Source: Alphaproteobacteria bacterium
GTDB lineage: Bacteria; Pseudomonadota; Alphaproteobacteria; RF32; CAG-239
Direction: 5' to 3'
Length of the DNA stretch: 16,535 nucleotides
Assembly (NCBI GenBank): GCA_016288295.1
Contig: JAEEYV010000009.1
Span: 1-16,535, forward strand
Position numbers and translations under genes: made by a program. The notes beneath the pieces are model-generated. The model made no database searches and was not told where the DNA came from. It saw only the letters and a program-made list of their open reading frames with translations. Shown here one piece after another: positions 15,003 through 16,535 of the stretch (position 1 is the stretch's first letter; each line of letters begins with the position of its first letter).

Positions 15003-16535
15003 CTACAGCAACATAATTTCCACACCGCTGTCTTTGCTTATGTAATAAGCGTTGGATAGGGCCACATCATCTTTGAATGCTTCTTCTGCCGCTACAATTT
15101 TAGCCGGCGATAATTCGCACATCGCGGTTACGTCTTCCGGTGTGATACCACCGTTTGAACCGTCCAGGCAAACAAGGACCAAGCCTTCTTCGCCGATGGA
15201 ATAAACTTTGCGGCCGTTCAGATTGTTTTCTGTAACCTTATAAGTCGCCGGAATGCCAAGCTTCAACATAACTTCATAAACCACATCTAATTCGTTGCGG
15301 TCAATTTTAAGGCTCTTGATCATGGTATCAAAGCGTTCTTTCAAAATATCTGTCTCGGAGCTTTCCAACGGTGTATCGTCCCATTTAACGAGGTTTGACG
15401 TATCAAGCTTCAAAACCTTAAAGCCAACATCCACATCGGCGTTTTGCTCTTTGATTTTTGCACCGGCACGGCGGATACGTTCTTTACCGATTTCGCAAAT
15501 GTTTTTGTATCCGGCTTTGAAAGCTTCTGACTTTTCGTCCGTTAATTCAGGTAACTGCACCATAATAAATTGACGTTTACCACCATCTTCTGCGTTGAGT
15601 TGCATAACTGCATGAGCGGTGGTGGCAGATCCAGAGAAGAAGTCAAGAACGATGTCATCATTCTTTGAAGATGTTGATAACAAGTATTTGATAAATTCAA
15701 CCGCCTTGGCAAAATCAAAAGGCAAATTATTAGCTTTTAACCATTTTGTAGATGATTGAGAGTCAAAGAAAAGAGTTGATTTGGGAACTTGGTAAATGTA
15801 GTCGCCCAAATAGCGTTTTGGACGTGGAACAATCGTTTCATCCTTGCCAAATGCTAACAATCCTTCTTTTTCTAGTCTTTTAATCTCTTCGTCTTTATAT
15901 CTCCAGCCGCCAACAGGTTTAGCACAGAGTTTCCCGGTCACAGGATGGACAACTTCAGTCACCATATTTCCATTAGTTACTCCTCCGGGATTATCTGTTT
16001 GATATATTCCTCTTTTATCCGCATAGGTGTAGTGATCTAGGTCATAAAAACGCGGATATTTTACCAATTCTAACAATTCATTATGTATTTCTTCTTCGGA
16101 TAGGTTTCTTTTAACAAGTTGCATGGCTCTATTGTAGTATTCATCAACATTGTTCTTTTTGACTTTCCATTCATCGCCAAGTGAATATATATTTTTGCAA
16201 TAGCACAAAACATATTCGTGAGAAACAGAAACATACTTAGAATTATTTTTTGTGGAATTAGAAGCGACAATAAACTGCGCAATAAAATTTTCTTCTCCGA
16301 ACACTTCGTCACAGATACGGCGTAGATTCGTGATTTCATTATCGTCAATACTGATAAAAATTACACCATCATCTCGGAGCAAGTTAGAGGCCAAGCGCAG
16401 GCGCGGATACATCATATTCAGCCAGTTTGTGTGATAACGCCCCATCGTTTCAGGGTTGGATTTTGTGGTTTGGCTGGTTATCTCTTTATATTTGGCCATA
16501 GGATCCTTGAAATCGTCCTCATACACAAAATCGTT
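15003..16535 (-). CDS. mod: Type III DNA methyltransferase, Mod subunit (N6-adenine, beta class); 5' end outside the window
   Basis: The frame stays open to the window edge (...NDFVYEDDFKDP..., the sequence that normally follows the DPPY motif IV). RLRLASNLLRDDGVIFISIDDNE and the SAM-binding motif I DFFSGSATTAHAV are present. A variable TRD-like middle region lies between them. The ATG at 16526 in the ORF track is internal. Confidence 0.9.
   Translation of the reverse strand, partial: NDFVYEDDFKDPMAKYKEITSQTTKSNPETMGRYHTNWLNMMYPRLRLASNLLRDDGVIFISIDDNEITNLRRICDEVFGEENFIAQFIVASNSTKNNSKYVSVSHEYVLCYCKNIYSLGDEWKVKKNNVDEYYNRAMQLVKRNLSEEEIHNELLELVKYPRFYDLDHYTYADKRGIYQTDNPGGVTNGNMVTEVVHPVTGKLCAKPVGGWRYKDEEIKRLEKEGLLAFGKDETIVPRPKRYLGDYIYQVPKSTLFFDSQSSTKWLKANNLPFDFAKAVEFIKYLLSTSSKNDDIVLDFFSGSATTAHAVMQLNAEDGGKRQFIMVQLPELTDEKSEAFKAGYKNICEIGKERIRRAGAKIKEQNADVDVGFKVLKLDTSNLVKWDDTPLESSETDILKERFDTMIKSLKIDRNELDVVYEVMLKLGIPATYKVTENNLNGRKVYSIGEEGLVLVCLDGSNGGITPEDVTAMCELSPAKIVAAEEAFKDDVALSNAYYISKDSGVEIMLL

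Noticed and set aside
15003-16535. Phase-variable simple-sequence repeat in the Type III mod gene
   Set aside because: No tetra- or pentanucleotide repeat tract and no long homopolymer is visible in the part of mod within the window. The 5' end, where such tracts often lie, is off-window, so this cannot be excluded.
1-16535. Integrase, transposase, IS ends or att sites delimiting a mobile element
   Set aside because: No ORF has recombinase or transposase motifs, and I found no long terminal direct or inverted repeats. Prophage or island boundaries cannot be defined from this window.

Overview
The window has three parts. (1) Bases 1-1307 look like the end of a prophage: a lysis cassette (endolysin-like 3' fragment, holin-like gene, overlapping i-/o-spanin pair), then an HU-family gene with a clean terminator. 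The spanins point to a diderm host. (2) Bases ~1309-8512 form a plus-strand block. It starts with a near-consensus promoter and a ~250-nt highly structured leader. Next come a SLOG/DUF1273-like gene and a complete diversity-generating retroelement (DGR): Avd-like gene, 121-bp template repeat (TR), structured spacer, DGR-type reverse transcriptase. The matching variable repeat (VR) differs from TR at 20 positions, 16 of them TR adenines. The VR does not sit at the 3' end of a tail-fibre or lectin gene. It encodes residues 53-93 of the N-terminal domain of a signal-peptide-less MoxR/AAA_5-type ATPase. That ATPase is tightly coupled to a 156-aa protein and a DUF2201-type metallopeptidase/vWA protein. 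I read this as a candidate DGR-diversified NTPase sensor system, which is the most interesting object here. (3) Bases 8557-16535 hold a convergent minus-strand four-gene operon: Type III mod (5' end cut by the window), an AT-rich gene for an unknown membrane-anchored protein, Type III res, and an SNF2-family helicase 3 nt downstream of res. No tRNA, rRNA, CRISPR array, integrase or transposase was seen, so element boundaries cannot be set. All family assignments come from motif recognition by eye, with no database search.
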